DNA of 64,000 bases from Gammaproteobacteria bacterium (GCA_963422205.2 CAXMWX010000003.1:128001-192000); one strand, 5' to 3'; shown: positions 30,724 through 41,459, counted from the first letter of the stretch. Program-made: numbers and translations. Notes: a model not told the origin generated them from the sequence alone.

Positions 30724-32430
30724 TTATAAGCATGCCTGCATTATCTCACTGAAAGGCTCATCTTGCATCAATTCCTGCGCCCATTGATCAGGTTGCTGCG
30801 ATAATTCAATGAAACCATGCCCGGCAAAGTTAATCCGGCTGGGGCCGCCACGAGGACTGTCTTTGATCGTGAGCAACGATAAAGGCGGTACAAGTTCATT
30901 CATAACCGATTGCAGGGGATAGTTTCGGATAATCTCGCTGAGTTTTTTCACCCCCGGTTGTAGCTGCCAGTAATCCACCAGGCGTGCAGTTAAGTCATCT
31001 GCATCCAATTCCGGCTGACCGCCCAGCGCATGGCTTGGGTTGTGCTCATACCAGGGCCAGAATAACTGGCTGTCACGCAACATATACCAGGTCTTCAGTA
31101 AATGACTGCCATCGTCAGCGACTGTGAAATCCAGGGGAAATAGCGGTGCAACCCATCCATCCTGCCCCTCATGCTGTTTTGTATAATCGACAGGATTGAG
31201 CAAGTACAACCGGGCGATCAAATCCGGGTATTGAAGGCCAAGCGCCACCGCCACCGCCGCACTGTCTCCAACCGCCAGAACGGCGACATCACTGATCTGT
31301 GTTTTCCTGATTAATTGTGCAAGTATTAACACAACGGCCTGTAGATCATTGGCTTCGATCTCGCTCGCCCCATGCCCCGGCAGGTCGGGCGCAATCACAT
31401 GGAAATGATCACTCAAGCTGCTGAGAATCTCTGCAAGTGCCCGGCAGGATTCCGTCAGATTATGCAACAGCAACAGGCCATGTTGATTGCTCATCCCCGC
31501 CTGACAGGTATGCACTTGATCCGAATCAAGATCGATAAATCTTCTCATCGTGTACTGCCCGGCATGGCCGATCGCCTTGGCTGCCGCTACCGATCGGCTG
31601 TTTTTTATATATTTTTTTACTGTCTCTGTCAGGGTATCAATGCGCTCGGCCAGGGTGGGACCACAATAGGCCATGCAGACATTATCCGCCCATGGCACTT
31701 TATCGAAGCGATCCGTATACGGTTTGAGAATGCTGCCCTCCCAGCGAATTATCGTCACCGGCACCTTGACAGGGAGGAGTTCTGCCGCTCTCTCGTTGGC
31801 AAAGGCGGCACGATAGGCACGATCATAATCCTTGCCCGCCTGCAAATACCCCATGGCCGTTGTATGTACTGCATCGGCATTGATCATACTCGCTGGCAAA
31901 CGTGCTTCCTTTGAGCGTTCATGCCAGGGAAAAAACACGCCCAGGTCCCTGGCAATCGCCCAAATTTTTATCAGGTGGCCGGCCAGTGCATCGGGCGCAA
32001 GATCAGGAAAGTAACCGGCGGTGATTCGCTTGCGTTCCTCATCGTTAAAGTCGGCCGCATTGTCCAGTATGAGGTAGTCGACCCGTTGCTCAAATCGCTT
32101 GCTGAATTCGATGGCGATTTGCGCCCCGGTGGCACTGCCATACACACCCGCATTGACCAGGCCCAGCCCTTGACAGAACTGATCGAGGGCGGCGGCGTAA
32201 TCGCTGATTTTAAGCCCCGCCCCCTGCAACTGATCGGAGTAACCGTAGCCTGGCGTATCCGGTGCAATGACCGTCACATAAGGAGACAAGACCCGGATAA
32301 AGGGCAATAACGCATGAGAGGACACAGGTGAGGCGTGCAGCATGAGCAACACAGGCCCCTGGCCCTGCTGTCGATAATGTATCAACACCGGCGCCTCATC
32401 ACTGCCGATATTAACGTAGCCGCGCCGCAT
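30724..32430 (-). CDS. Tandem alpha/beta-hydrolase-fold protein without a canonical nucleophile
   Basis: Two domains (LHASP..APDTPGYGYSD; LLHNL..APDLPGHGAS). The elbow regions read YGSATGA and AVGDSAA rather than GxSxG. Confidence 0.8.
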   Translation of the reverse strand: MRRGYVNIGSDEAPVLIHYRQQGQGPVLLMLHASPVSSHALLPFIRVLSPYVTVIAPDTPGYGYSDQLQGAGLKISDYAAALDQFCQGLGLVNAGVYGSATGAQIAIEFSKRFEQRVDYLILDNAADFNDEERKRITAGYFPDLAPDALAGHLIKIWAIARDLGVFFPWHERSKEARLPASMINADAVHTTAMGYLQAGKDYDRAYRAAFANERAAELLPVKVPVTIIRWEGSILKPYTDRFDKVPWADNVCMAYCGPTLAERIDTLTETVKKYIKNSRSVAAAKAIGHAGQYTMRRFIDLDSDQVHTCQAGMSNQHGLLLLHNLTESCRALAEILSSLSDHFHVIAPDLPGHGASEIEANDLQAVVLILAQLIRKTQISDVAVLAVGDSAAVAVALGLQYPDLIARLYLLNPVDYTKQHEGQDGWVAPLFPLDFTVADDGSHLLKTWYMLRDSQLFWPWYEHNPSHALGGQPELDADDLTARLVDYWQLQPGVKKLSEIIRNYPLQSVMNELVPPLSLLTIKDSPRGGPSRINFAGHGFIELSQQPDQWAQELMQDEPFSEIMQACL

Positions 32431-32444
32431 TGAATAAAACCCGT

Positions 32445-34031
32445 TCAGTCCAGGCCGAGTGATTTGGGATTGATCCGCTTGTCGGGATCAACCAGCTGTT
32501 TGATCGACTGGATGAGTTTCCAGTTATCCGGCTTGATACCTTCCCGGTAGTTGTATGATTTGGCAATCTGCAGGTGGATACCGCCCAGCTCGCAAAACAG
32601 ATCGATCAACTCCTGACGGATCTTCTCTACCATCTCCCTCGCTGCTGCATTTTTTTCAAAACCGGGCAATTTCTTCAGTATCGACGGCTCGATGGTATCG
32701 CGATGCAGATCCATCATCTCGTCCGGCCAGAAAAACACCGGCTCAACGACAAAGCCGTTGGTGGCGATAGTGGCGAATAAAAAGCCCACGCCGATTTCAT
32801 ATTTTTCAATCTCTGCCGCATTCTCTGCAAATACCTTTTTGACAGCAGCAGTGGTCGCTACCGCTTTGGAGTGCGGAACAAGGGTATGGACGGGCACCCA
32901 GCGTTCTCCCTGCGGGCCTACGATATTGTTTAAAGGTGTGAAGGGATTGGCGCGCAGGATTTTGGGAATGCTGTCTTTAATCTCCTTCCCCTCATGGCGT
33001 TTTGCGATGGCGCGGACTTCCTGCACAGCCGCCCCAGCCCCTGCCTCAGTACGATCCTCGATCATGATGTGTGCAGAATAGGCCACGTCTTTCATGAAGC
33101 GGCGCCCGGACAGCGCCAGCCTGGCCCCATCCTTGATTGCCCCGCTGATTGAACCGCTGGCGGCCAGCACGCCGGCGAAGGCCTTGACGTCTTTGGCCAG
33201 GCTCTCTCGCTGCATGCGTTGTGCTTGCAGGTAAGGATCAAACGCAAAACATTCCATGACGATACCTCGCCGGGAAATCTCGCTCATGGCAGGCAACATC
33301 GTCTTATAGGAGTCAAAATCAAATGAGAGAAAACGCCGCACGGGTAATTCCGGGATAAGCCGGAGGGTCGCCACGGCCTTAAAACCCAAAGCGCCGCTAT
33401 CGCAGGTAAACAGCCCCGTCAAATCCGGCCCGTAATAACGAAAAAACGGGGAGCCATTCAGCTGTGCATCCGAACCGGTGCTGATCATGCGGCCATCGGC
33501 CAGTACGACATCCAGTGAGATAACCGAATCCGCCGCACTGCCAAACTGGCCAGATCCCCAGAAGATGCCGTTTTGTGACAAACTGCCACCAATGCTCGCC
33601 TTAATCCCGGAAAGAGGACCCCAGAAAGGCGTACGCAGCCCGCTGCCATCCAGGGCCTTGTGTAATTCATGCCAGGTGCAGCCGCATTCGACTTTGACAT
33701 ACATATCTTCCCGGTTGATTTCCAGAACCCGATTCATGCGCCGCATATCGACCTGTATGCTGCCCGGCTCTGCCGGCAGGCAAGCACCGGTATAAGACAT
33801 CCCGCCACCCCGTGGCACGATGGCATGGCCTGCCTTGATGGTGGTGGCGATGACAGCGGCCAGTTCCTCGGTATTTAGCGGCTGCACAACGGCAAAAGCG
33901 GGGATACCCTGTTTGTAAATGTCCTGGGTATAAAACCGGCAACTGGCCGCATCGGTCAGGACGTAATCTGCACCGACAATGCTGCTTAACTCTGTAATCA
34001 ATACATCTTGATGGCGTGCCGCTTCAGCCAT
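32445..34031 (-). CDS. FAD-binding oxidoreductase (VAO/PCMH, FAD_binding_4 family)
   Basis: VPRGGGMSYTG, DVVLADG, GPDLTGLF and IKQLVDPDKRINP motifs. Confidence 0.9.
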   Translation of the reverse strand: MAEAARHQDVLITELSSIVGADYVLTDAASCRFYTQDIYKQGIPAFAVVQPLNTEELAAVIATTIKAGHAIVPRGGGMSYTGACLPAEPGSIQVDMRRMNRVLEINREDMYVKVECGCTWHELHKALDGSGLRTPFWGPLSGIKASIGGSLSQNGIFWGSGQFGSAADSVISLDVVLADGRMISTGSDAQLNGSPFFRYYGPDLTGLFTCDSGALGFKAVATLRLIPELPVRRFLSFDFDSYKTMLPAMSEISRRGIVMECFAFDPYLQAQRMQRESLAKDVKAFAGVLAASGSISGAIKDGARLALSGRRFMKDVAYSAHIMIEDRTEAGAGAAVQEVRAIAKRHEGKEIKDSIPKILRANPFTPLNNIVGPQGERWVPVHTLVPHSKAVATTAAVKKVFAENAAEIEKYEIGVGFLFATIATNGFVVEPVFFWPDEMMDLHRDTIEPSILKKLPGFEKNAAAREMVEKIRQELIDLFCELGGIHLQIAKSYNYREGIKPDNWKLIQSIKQLVDPDKRINPKSLGLD

Positions 34032-34129
34032 GTCTTTGATATACCTGCCTGTCTACTTTATATTGCTGCCAGTGAACCGGGCAGCTCTGACTAAGTGAAT
34101 ATATCCGGCAAATTCACCCTGCCCCGATT

Positions 34130-34166
34130 TCTCAAGTTGTTCTCAAGTTGTATTTAAATTATAACA
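34130..34166. promoter_or_regulatory. Divergent promoter with an 11-bp tandem repeat and a TGT-N12-ACA operator-like site
   Basis: TCTCAAGTTGT x2 (34130-34151), overlapping TGTATTTAAATTATAACA (34149-34166). Confidence 0.5.
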
Positions 34167-34226
34167 TTAATATCATTGTAAACCTGTATACGTTTTGATG
34201 ATTTTGTCATTTATCGGGGGCTTTCT

Positions 34227-35228
34227 ATGGCTGACAATACCCGGGTTTTACTCAAACAACCCTCAGCGGGTGTGCCCGAACCGGACGATTTTGAGCTGGT
34301 GGCCGGCGCAGAGGCCACGGCCGATGATGATCAGCTGCTGTGCGAGACTCTGTACCTGTCGCTGGATCCCTATTTGCGTGGCAAAATCAGCGGTCGCCAC
34401 ATATCCGGGAGCATTCTCCCCGGAGAACTCATGGCCGGTGAAGCCGTAAGCCGGGTGCTGGACTCAAAGGCGGCAGGCTTTACAGCAGGTGATATCATCA
34501 CCGCCCACAGCGGCTGGCAAAGTCACCCGGTGATTGATGCAAAGCATGCACGGCGTGTCGATCCAAATCTGGGCCCACTGTCCACCTCCTTAGGAATCCT
34601 CGGTATGCCGGGACTGACCGCCTATGCCGGCCTGTTGCGCCTGGGCGAGCCTGAAGCCGGTGATCTGCTGGTGGTCTCGGCCGCCTCCGGGCCGGTCGGA
34701 TCCATGGTCGGTCAAATCGCAAAAATCAAAGGCTGCCGGGCGATTGGTATTGCCGGTTCGGATGAGAAATGCCAATGGGTGGTTGAGGAGGCGGGCTTTG
34801 ATGGCTGCATTAATTATAAGAAAGAAGCCCTGCGAGAGGGCATTAAACGCGTATGCCCGGATGGCATGGATATGTATTTTGATAATGTCGGTGGGGAGGT
34901 GTTGCAGGCCGCGATGGAGAATCTGGCATTGCATGCCCGCGTGATCTTGTGTGGCCTGATGGCACAATACAATACTGACGCCATGCCGCCAGGCCCCAAT
35001 CCCGCTTTTATTATCAAGGCACGTGCCACCGTAAGAGGCATGGTCGTCTATGACCATGACGATCTCCGGGCGGAATTCGGGCAGGAATGCAGCCGATGGC
35101 TGAAGCAGGGCATGATCCACTACAAGGAAGATATGGCCGAGGGGCTGGCGGCGGCACCGGAGGCATTTTGTCGTCTGATGCGAGGTCAGAATTTTGGCAA
35201 AGCCATTGTGCGGGTTAATCCCGAATAA
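34227..35228 (+). CDS. NADP-dependent oxidoreductase (PTGR/CurA-like alkenal reductase, MDR family)
   Basis: YLSLDPY, LGMPGLTAY, SAASGPVG, YFDNVGG and GQNFGK motifs. Confidence 0.92.
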   Translation: MADNTRVLLKQPSAGVPEPDDFELVAGAEATADDDQLLCETLYLSLDPYLRGKISGRHISGSILPGELMAGEAVSRVLDSKAAGFTAGDIITAHSGWQSHPVIDAKHARRVDPNLGPLSTSLGILGMPGLTAYAGLLRLGEPEAGDLLVVSAASGPVGSMVGQIAKIKGCRAIGIAGSDEKCQWVVEEAGFDGCINYKKEALREGIKRVCPDGMDMYFDNVGGEVLQAAMENLALHARVILCGLMAQYNTDAMPPGPNPAFIIKARATVRGMVVYDHDDLRAEFGQECSRWLKQGMIHYKEDMAEGLAAAPEAFCRLMRGQNFGKAIVRVNPE

Positions 35229-35253
35229 TCAACTGTATAATATGGAGCAGCTT

Positions 35254-35733
35254 ATGAGCAAAACCCCGACTGATTTTCGTCGCATCACCTTGCTGGTCAA
35301 CGACATTGAAAAACCGCTGAAAATCTATCATGACATTCTGGGAATGAAAATCTACTACGATGATGAGATGACGCTCACGGGTGTGACCATACCCGCAGGC
35401 GAGCTGGATACGAAGGCGCGCCTGGTTATTCTTCAATGTAACGATCCCTATATCGGTATGCTCGGCATCCTTCAGTATCTCGATCCTCCCTTGCCTGAAC
35501 AAGGTGAGTACAGGAAACGCCTGGGGATTGGAGATAGTGTTTTTGTCATGAACCACGATGATGTACGTACCGTTTATGAACAGCTTAAAGAAATTGACGG
35601 GGTGCATATACAAAGCGAACCGTCCATATCGGAATACCCGAAACCTGATGGCGGCGTATTCAGACTGCTCGGTATCAGCTTCTTTGATCCGAACGGCTAT
35701 TTTATAGAAGTCAACCAATGGCTTGACAGATAA
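35254..35733 (+). CDS. Cytoplasmic VOC (glyoxalase-fold) protein
   Basis: RRITLLVNDIE..Y.DILG and FFDPNGYFIEVNQ motifs. Confidence 0.85.
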   Translation: MSKTPTDFRRITLLVNDIEKPLKIYHDILGMKIYYDDEMTLTGVTIPAGELDTKARLVILQCNDPYIGMLGILQYLDPPLPEQGEYRKRLGIGDSVFVMNHDDVRTVYEQLKEIDGVHIQSEPSISEYPKPDGGVFRLLGISFFDPNGYFIEVNQWLDR

Positions 35734-35760
35734 GCGCCACTGGTCAAGCAGTTTCAGCAA

Positions 35761-36810
35761 ATGAATGAGGATCGAAATTGCCAGTGGCGTATCGCCGCCC
35801 GGCCAGCCGGCCATGTAAAGCCAACGGACTTTGCCTACACCGAAGAAGCGATCCCGGCGCCGGGTGCAGGCGAAATGCTGTTAAAGACGCTTTATCTTGG
35901 TCTGGCGCCGGTCATGCGTATGTATATGCAGGGTCTTGGCGTTGGCGGCCAGATGCCACTGGCACCTGGCGATGTTATTCATGGCCGGGGAGTGGCGGAG
36001 GTATTGCACTCCAATCACCCGGATTATCAGGCGGGTGACATCGTTCAGGGACAAACCGGCTGGCAAACCTATGCCGTCACAAAAGCAACGCCAACCGACA
36101 GATTTTATAAATGCAAGCACTATGATTTGCCGTATGAACTGGCCGCCGGTATCCTCGGCATGAATGGCTTGAGTGCTTACGGCGGCCTGCTTGATTGCGG
36201 CCAACCCAGGGCCGGCGATCTGCTGGTGGTCTCAGGTGCCGCTGGCGGCGTGGGAACAGTGGTCGTACAAATGGCCCGGATATTAGGTTGCCGCATCATT
36301 GGCATTGCTGGTGGGCCGGAGAAGTGTCGCTTTGTAAAAGAGCTTGGCTGCGAGCAAGCCATCGATTATAAAAATGACAATGTTGCAGAGAAGATTGCCG
36401 CCTATTGCCCGCAAGGCATGGACATTTATTTTGATAATGTCGGCGGTGAGATACTGTCCACCTGCCTGGAACATCTCGCCTACGAAGCGCGTATTGTGCT
36501 GTGCGGTTCAATTTCCGAATATACCAGGCAAGCGCCTTTTGCGTTAAGCAACTACACGAATCTAAGGGCGGTCAACGCCACCATGAAGGGCTTTTTCGTC
36601 TACAACTATGCAGAGCGCTTCTACGAGATGACAGATCAATTCGCCGCCTGGATAAAGGCAGGGCAACTGAAACCGGTGCAGGATATCGTGGATGGCTTTG
36701 AAAATATGCCTGCCGCACTGGCAAGGCTGTATGATGGAGATAATATCGGGGTACAGTGCTGTCGGGTACGTGGCGAGCCGGCATCAGGCCAACCAGCACA
36801 TGCAATATGA
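35761..36810 (+). CDS. Second NADP-dependent oxidoreductase (PTGR-like)
   Basis: IAARPAG, LGMNGLSAY, SGAAGGVG and YFDNVGG motifs. Confidence 0.9.
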   Translation: MNEDRNCQWRIAARPAGHVKPTDFAYTEEAIPAPGAGEMLLKTLYLGLAPVMRMYMQGLGVGGQMPLAPGDVIHGRGVAEVLHSNHPDYQAGDIVQGQTGWQTYAVTKATPTDRFYKCKHYDLPYELAAGILGMNGLSAYGGLLDCGQPRAGDLLVVSGAAGGVGTVVVQMARILGCRIIGIAGGPEKCRFVKELGCEQAIDYKNDNVAEKIAAYCPQGMDIYFDNVGGEILSTCLEHLAYEARIVLCGSISEYTRQAPFALSNYTNLRAVNATMKGFFVYNYAERFYEMTDQFAAWIKAGQLKPVQDIVDGFENMPAALARLYDGDNIGVQCCRVRGEPASGQPAHAI

Positions 36811-38138
36811 CTGATACGCATGACTATCCAGCAACGAAATACGCCTGGTATATGGTGGTGTTGCTGACGATTGCTTATGTCTTCTCTTTTGTTGATCGCT
36901 ATATACTGGGGCTGCTTATCGAGCCGATTAAAGCGGATCTGGGCTTCTCCGATACCCAGATAGGTCTGCTGCTCGGGCCGGCCTTTGCTATTTTTTACGC
37001 CACCATTGGACTGCCGCTGGGCTGGCTGGCCGATCGTAAAAGACGCACCTGGATCATTGCCGCGGGCATTACCATTTGGTCGCTTGCCACTGCTGCCTCC
37101 GGTTTCGCCCGAAACTTCACGCACATGTTTATTGCCCGCATGAGTGTTGGCATTGGTGAAGCGGCGCTGGGGCCTTGCGCCATGTCGATGATCTCCGACA
37201 GCTTCCCCAAAGAGCGCCGTGGCCGGCCCATCGCTTTTTACACCATGGCCTTGTCAATAGGTGCGGGCCTCGCTTACATATTCGGTTCAACGGTGCTTGG
37301 CTGGGCGAGAACTGTTCCGAATATTGCGTTACCTGTTATTGGTGTTGTCGCTACCTGGCAATTCACTTTTATCGCCGTGGGCCTGCCGGGATTGATCCTC
37401 GCTATCCTGTTTTTTTTCATGCACGAGCCAAAACGCATGGATCAAAAAGACCACAGCAAAGAATCAGGGGCCAGCATTTTGGATATGCTGAAGTTTGTCG
37501 GTGTGCACTGGAGAACATTTATCACTTTTTTCCCGCTGTTTTGCTATATGACCATCGTTGCCTACAGCCAGGGCTGGTTAGCATCACTTTTCAAACGCAC
37601 CTGGGGTTGGGAAGCAGAGCAGTTTGCCCTGATAAAGGGATTAATACTGATCATTGTCGGCCCTGCCACCGTAAACGCCGCCGGCTGGTTCTCTGATCAT
37701 TTCTATAACAAAGGTATCAAGGATGCCCCTTTGATCATCCCCATCATTGGCACCTTCGTGATCGTCATTACCGGCACCGCCGCCCCGCTGATGCCAACTG
37801 CTGAGATAGCCATGTTCTTTTTTGGCTTGAACAATATTGGTATCGCCATGGCCTCCGCTACCGGCATTACCGCACTGCTCAATGTTGTTCCAGGGAAGAT
37901 CCGCGCCCAGATAGTCGCCTTTTATTACTTGTGTATCAGCATGAGCGGCTTGTTTCTGGGGCCAACCACGGTGGGCCTGCTGACCGACAATGTGTTTGGC
38001 CAGGAAAATCTACACTACGCCATGGCACTGTTGCCCCTGCTGTTTGGCGTGCCGGTGCTGGCGCTCATTCCATGGACGAGGCGCTGCTATAAACAGCGCC
38101 TTGTGTTAAGTGAGGCCGAAGAGCGTCAATCCACCTGA
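36807..38138 (+). CDS. Spinster-type MFS transporter
   Basis: YAWY..FSFVDR, GWLADRKRR and RMSVGIGEA motifs. Confidence 0.9.
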   Translation: MTDTHDYPATKYAWYMVVLLTIAYVFSFVDRYILGLLIEPIKADLGFSDTQIGLLLGPAFAIFYATIGLPLGWLADRKRRTWIIAAGITIWSLATAASGFARNFTHMFIARMSVGIGEAALGPCAMSMISDSFPKERRGRPIAFYTMALSIGAGLAYIFGSTVLGWARTVPNIALPVIGVVATWQFTFIAVGLPGLILAILFFFMHEPKRMDQKDHSKESGASILDMLKFVGVHWRTFITFFPLFCYMTIVAYSQGWLASLFKRTWGWEAEQFALIKGLILIIVGPATVNAAGWFSDHFYNKGIKDAPLIIPIIGTFVIVITGTAAPLMPTAEIAMFFFGLNNIGIAMASATGITALLNVVPGKIRAQIVAFYYLCISMSGLFLGPTTVGLLTDNVFGQENLHYAMALLPLLFGVPVLALIPWTRRCYKQRLVLSEAEERQST

Positions 38139-38157
38139 GCGATAGCAGGTCAATCCA

Positions 38158-38955
38158 ATGCAACGACACTACCTCGATTCGTCTTTTGGGCAGATACATA
38201 TACGTCACCTTAAAGCAGAAGGCGACAAAACAGCGACCCCGCTGATCTGCCTGCATCCCATTCCCTACAGCGGCCTTTACTTTACCCGCCTCATGCCCCG
38301 GTTAAACCGGGGGCGTGATGTGCTGGCGCTGGACTACCCCGGCTATGGCGGGTCAGACCCCTTGACCGACAAGCCCGCCATCGGGGACTTCGCACAAGCG
38401 GTTATTGAAGCCCTTGATAATTCACATGTTGCCGGGCCTTTTGATTTGCTCGGTTTTCACACCGGCTGCCTGGTCGCCGGGGAGATTTCACTGCTTGAAC
38501 CGCAGCAGGCTAATCGGCTGGTCTTGATAGATGTGCCTTATTTTGACAACGCATCACGGGAACGCCTCTATGATCAGGTCACCCGGGGGAGCGCAATCAG
38601 CACCGAGCTGGAATGTCTGGCGCCCGCCTGGGAATTTAACATCAGCAATCGCATTAACGATATGCCACTGGAACGTGCCTTTGCATTGTTCGTTGAACAA
38701 TTACGCACCGGCAACAATACCACCTTCGGGTTTCATGCGGCATTCACCTATCCCTGTGAAGAACGATTTCCGAAAATCAAACACCCCGCCCTGGTGATTG
38801 CTACGCAATCGGGGTTGCTTGCGCCCAGCCGCCAGGCCGCCGGGATGTTAGCTGACTGTACGCTCAGGGAATGCCTGGAAATAGAACGGGCAGTGATGGA
38901 GACCGGTATAGAAAAAATTGCCAAAATCACCGATGATTACTGTCGCAAAAATTAA
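38158..38955 (+). CDS. Alpha/beta-fold protein with His at the nucleophile position (GFHTG)
   Basis: FGQIH, LHPIPYSG, LDYPGYGGSD and LLGFHTG motifs. Confidence 0.85.
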   Translation: MQRHYLDSSFGQIHIRHLKAEGDKTATPLICLHPIPYSGLYFTRLMPRLNRGRDVLALDYPGYGGSDPLTDKPAIGDFAQAVIEALDNSHVAGPFDLLGFHTGCLVAGEISLLEPQQANRLVLIDVPYFDNASRERLYDQVTRGSAISTELECLAPAWEFNISNRINDMPLERAFALFVEQLRTGNNTTFGFHAAFTYPCEERFPKIKHPALVIATQSGLLAPSRQAAGMLADCTLRECLEIERAVMETGIEKIAKITDDYCRKN

Positions 38956-39036
38956 AATTCATGGTCACACAATACATGGTCTGAGGGTTTAAGAAAGCCC
39001 GTTACATGCTCAACCAACAGATGCAGTGAGATATTA

Positions 39037-40467
39037 ATGTCAGTCGATAAAAATGTATTCGATGTAAATTCTCATCCGCTATCACGCCGTCGCTTTCTAT
39101 GCTATGGCGCAATGCTGGCGGCAAGCACCGGGATCAGACCGGTATTTGCTGAACAAAAACGCTATGACGTGCTTGTTATTGGCGCCGGTTTGGCCGGGCT
39201 GCAATGCACCCGTCTGCTTCAACAACACGGGATATCCACCCTGCTGCTGGAGGGCGGCGATCGTGTTGGTGGTCGTGTTCATACCCTGGATGAACTGGAA
39301 GGCAGGCCCGAAGCCGGCGGCACACAGACCGGGACGGGCTACACTGCGCTCAATCAGGTGGCCGATGAACTACAGATTACATTCACATCGATGCGCCCGG
39401 GCATGCCTGGTATGACGCTATCGATCAAAGGTGAGCTGATGGACGCCGACACCTGGGAGAACAGCGCGGTGAATCAACTCACCGAACCCTATCGAAAAAT
39501 ACAGCCAAGAGGATTAATGTACGCCTTGCTGGCCAGGGGCGAGCAATTAACCACTCCTCTGGCATGGAATACAACAGCAAACGCCCGCCTGGATATCCCC
39601 CTGTCCGCCTACCTGACATCTCTTGGGGCAGATAAAGAAATGCTGCGTTTGATTAACGCTAACCTTAATGGCACAGGTGTCGATCAGATTTCCGCTGCTG
39701 ATGTATTACGTAAAAGCCGTGTGTTGCAAAGTGCAGGCGGCCCGCAACGGATCAAGGGCGGCAGCCAGCGCCTGCCCGATGCACTGGCGGCCACATTAAC
39801 ATCCCGGGTACAGCTCAACAAACCTGTTGTAGCGATTAATGATACAGGCAGGCACATCGCCGTCATCTGTGCTGATGGCAGTCAGTATCTGGGCGAGCGC
39901 GGCATCATTGCCCTGCCTTACAGCGTACTAAGGCATATCAGGATAGATGCCCCGCTATCGCCAGCCAAACAATCAGCGATCAATAAACTGGCCTATACAC
40001 CGGTCACCATCACGCTGATGCAGCCGAGCAGCCCGTTCTGGCTTGAAGATGGCCTCAGCCCTGCCATGTGGACAGACGCCCCTGTTGGCAGAATTTTTAC
40101 CGAAACCGATGACAATGGCGAGCTTATACGCATTCGTTCCTGGGTCATGGGGCCGTTTGCGGAGCGGCTGAACAAGATGACTGATGACGCCACGGGCGAA
40201 TTCATCAAAGAGACTCTTGCACGCTTGCGCCCTTCAACAAAAGGCAAATTAGAAGTTGAAAAAGTGATCTCCTGGGGGCGCAACCCGCTCGCCCGTGGTG
40301 CGTTTTCCCACTACCTTGCTGGTGATGTACAAGGCTTTTCTCACATAATCGGCAAACCCGAGGGCAGGCTGCATTTTATCGGCGAGCACACCGCCCCGGA
40401 AGCCGCAGGCATGGAAGCTGCCATATTATCGGCAAACCGAGGCGCACTGGAAGTGATGAACGTCTGA
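39037..40467 (+). CDS. Tat-exported flavin monoamine/L-amino-acid oxidase family protein
   Basis: SRRRFL twin-arginine signal, IGAGLAGL, RVGGR and HFIGEHT...GMEAA. Confidence 0.88.
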   Translation: MSVDKNVFDVNSHPLSRRRFLCYGAMLAASTGIRPVFAEQKRYDVLVIGAGLAGLQCTRLLQQHGISTLLLEGGDRVGGRVHTLDELEGRPEAGGTQTGTGYTALNQVADELQITFTSMRPGMPGMTLSIKGELMDADTWENSAVNQLTEPYRKIQPRGLMYALLARGEQLTTPLAWNTTANARLDIPLSAYLTSLGADKEMLRLINANLNGTGVDQISAADVLRKSRVLQSAGGPQRIKGGSQRLPDALAATLTSRVQLNKPVVAINDTGRHIAVICADGSQYLGERGIIALPYSVLRHIRIDAPLSPAKQSAINKLAYTPVTITLMQPSSPFWLEDGLSPAMWTDAPVGRIFTETDDNGELIRIRSWVMGPFAERLNKMTDDATGEFIKETLARLRPSTKGKLEVEKVISWGRNPLARGAFSHYLAGDVQGFSHIIGKPEGRLHFIGEHTAPEAAGMEAAILSANRGALEVMNV

Positions 40468-40565
40468 TGCGTGTTTTTTTAAGGTGCTTGTCCGCGGTCT
40501 CTTCCAATACGGGGAAAGCCGGATTGCAGAAGCCCTTTGCGAAAGCTATGATAATGATCAAGGTC

Positions 40566-41459
40566 ATGACGATGATACAAAAACCGACGGCAATTATACT
40601 GGCTTTTCTGTGCGCCACCGGCTTAGGTTATGCCGAAGAGATCGTTCTCACGGGCAGCGATGCCTTCATTGCCATGCAAAAAACAACCTGCGGTACCACC
40701 GAGCCAGGGCTTACCCGGTATGGTATTTTCGAAGGCCGGGGATACAGCCGCATCCCCGGTGAAAAGGACCGGCACCTGTTTAATGTATTGGGGATCAATG
40801 TTCGGCATTGTTCGGTAAAAAAACAGGCGCAACGCGGCCGCAGCTACCGCAGCGTGTCCCGCGAGATCATGGTGTATATGGACCCTGAAACAGGTGCCGT
40901 GCTTGATCAGTGGTTGAACCCATGGACGGGCAAAGAAGTCGCTGTTATTCACGTCGCCAACGACCCCGTTAACATGCGCGACTATCGTTATGAACTGGAC
41001 GAAGCGGGGAACGCCTCTTATGAAATGAAGGTTCAGCGTTATGGTGAGGTGGCAGTCCGCTCTTCTGAAATCCCGTTGTTCTACAAAAATCCTCTCGGTG
41101 GCGGCTATCAACATTATGTCGGCGGCATGTATCATGCGATGGAGATCTTCAACAGTTTTTATGATGCTGAGAAGTTATTGGATGCAAAGAAAAAATCCGT
41201 GGGCGAGTCTCATCTTGGCTGGAGTCGTATTGCCCAGTGGCTGCCCTGGCTGGAAATGGGTGATCGTCCGGGGGTCATGATATTCAATGCGAGTGGTTTC
41301 AGCACGTTCGATAAAAACCGGATTCCTGAGAAATTAATGCACATCCTGCAAGAGCGCTATCCGCTTTATCTCACCCCGCCACCGCTTAACGACAATCGCC
41401 CGAACGAGACTTCCTGGACAGTCTTTAAAAGACACCTTGAGTCTCAAAAGGAAAACTAG
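40566..41459 (+). CDS. Secreted DUF1838-like protein (copy 1)
   Basis: Signal-like N-terminus; YSRIPGEKDR, NPWTG..V.VIHVANDPVN, WLPWLEMG and NETSWT motifs. Start codon uncertain. Family recalled from memory. Confidence 0.75.
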   Translation: MTMIQKPTAIILAFLCATGLGYAEEIVLTGSDAFIAMQKTTCGTTEPGLTRYGIFEGRGYSRIPGEKDRHLFNVLGINVRHCSVKKQAQRGRSYRSVSREIMVYMDPETGAVLDQWLNPWTGKEVAVIHVANDPVNMRDYRYELDEAGNASYEMKVQRYGEVAVRSSEIPLFYKNPLGGGYQHYVGGMYHAMEIFNSFYDAEKLLDAKKKSVGESHLGWSRIAQWLPWLEMGDRPGVMIFNASGFSTFDKNRIPEKLMHILQERYPLYLTPPPLNDNRPNETSWTVFKRHLESQKEN

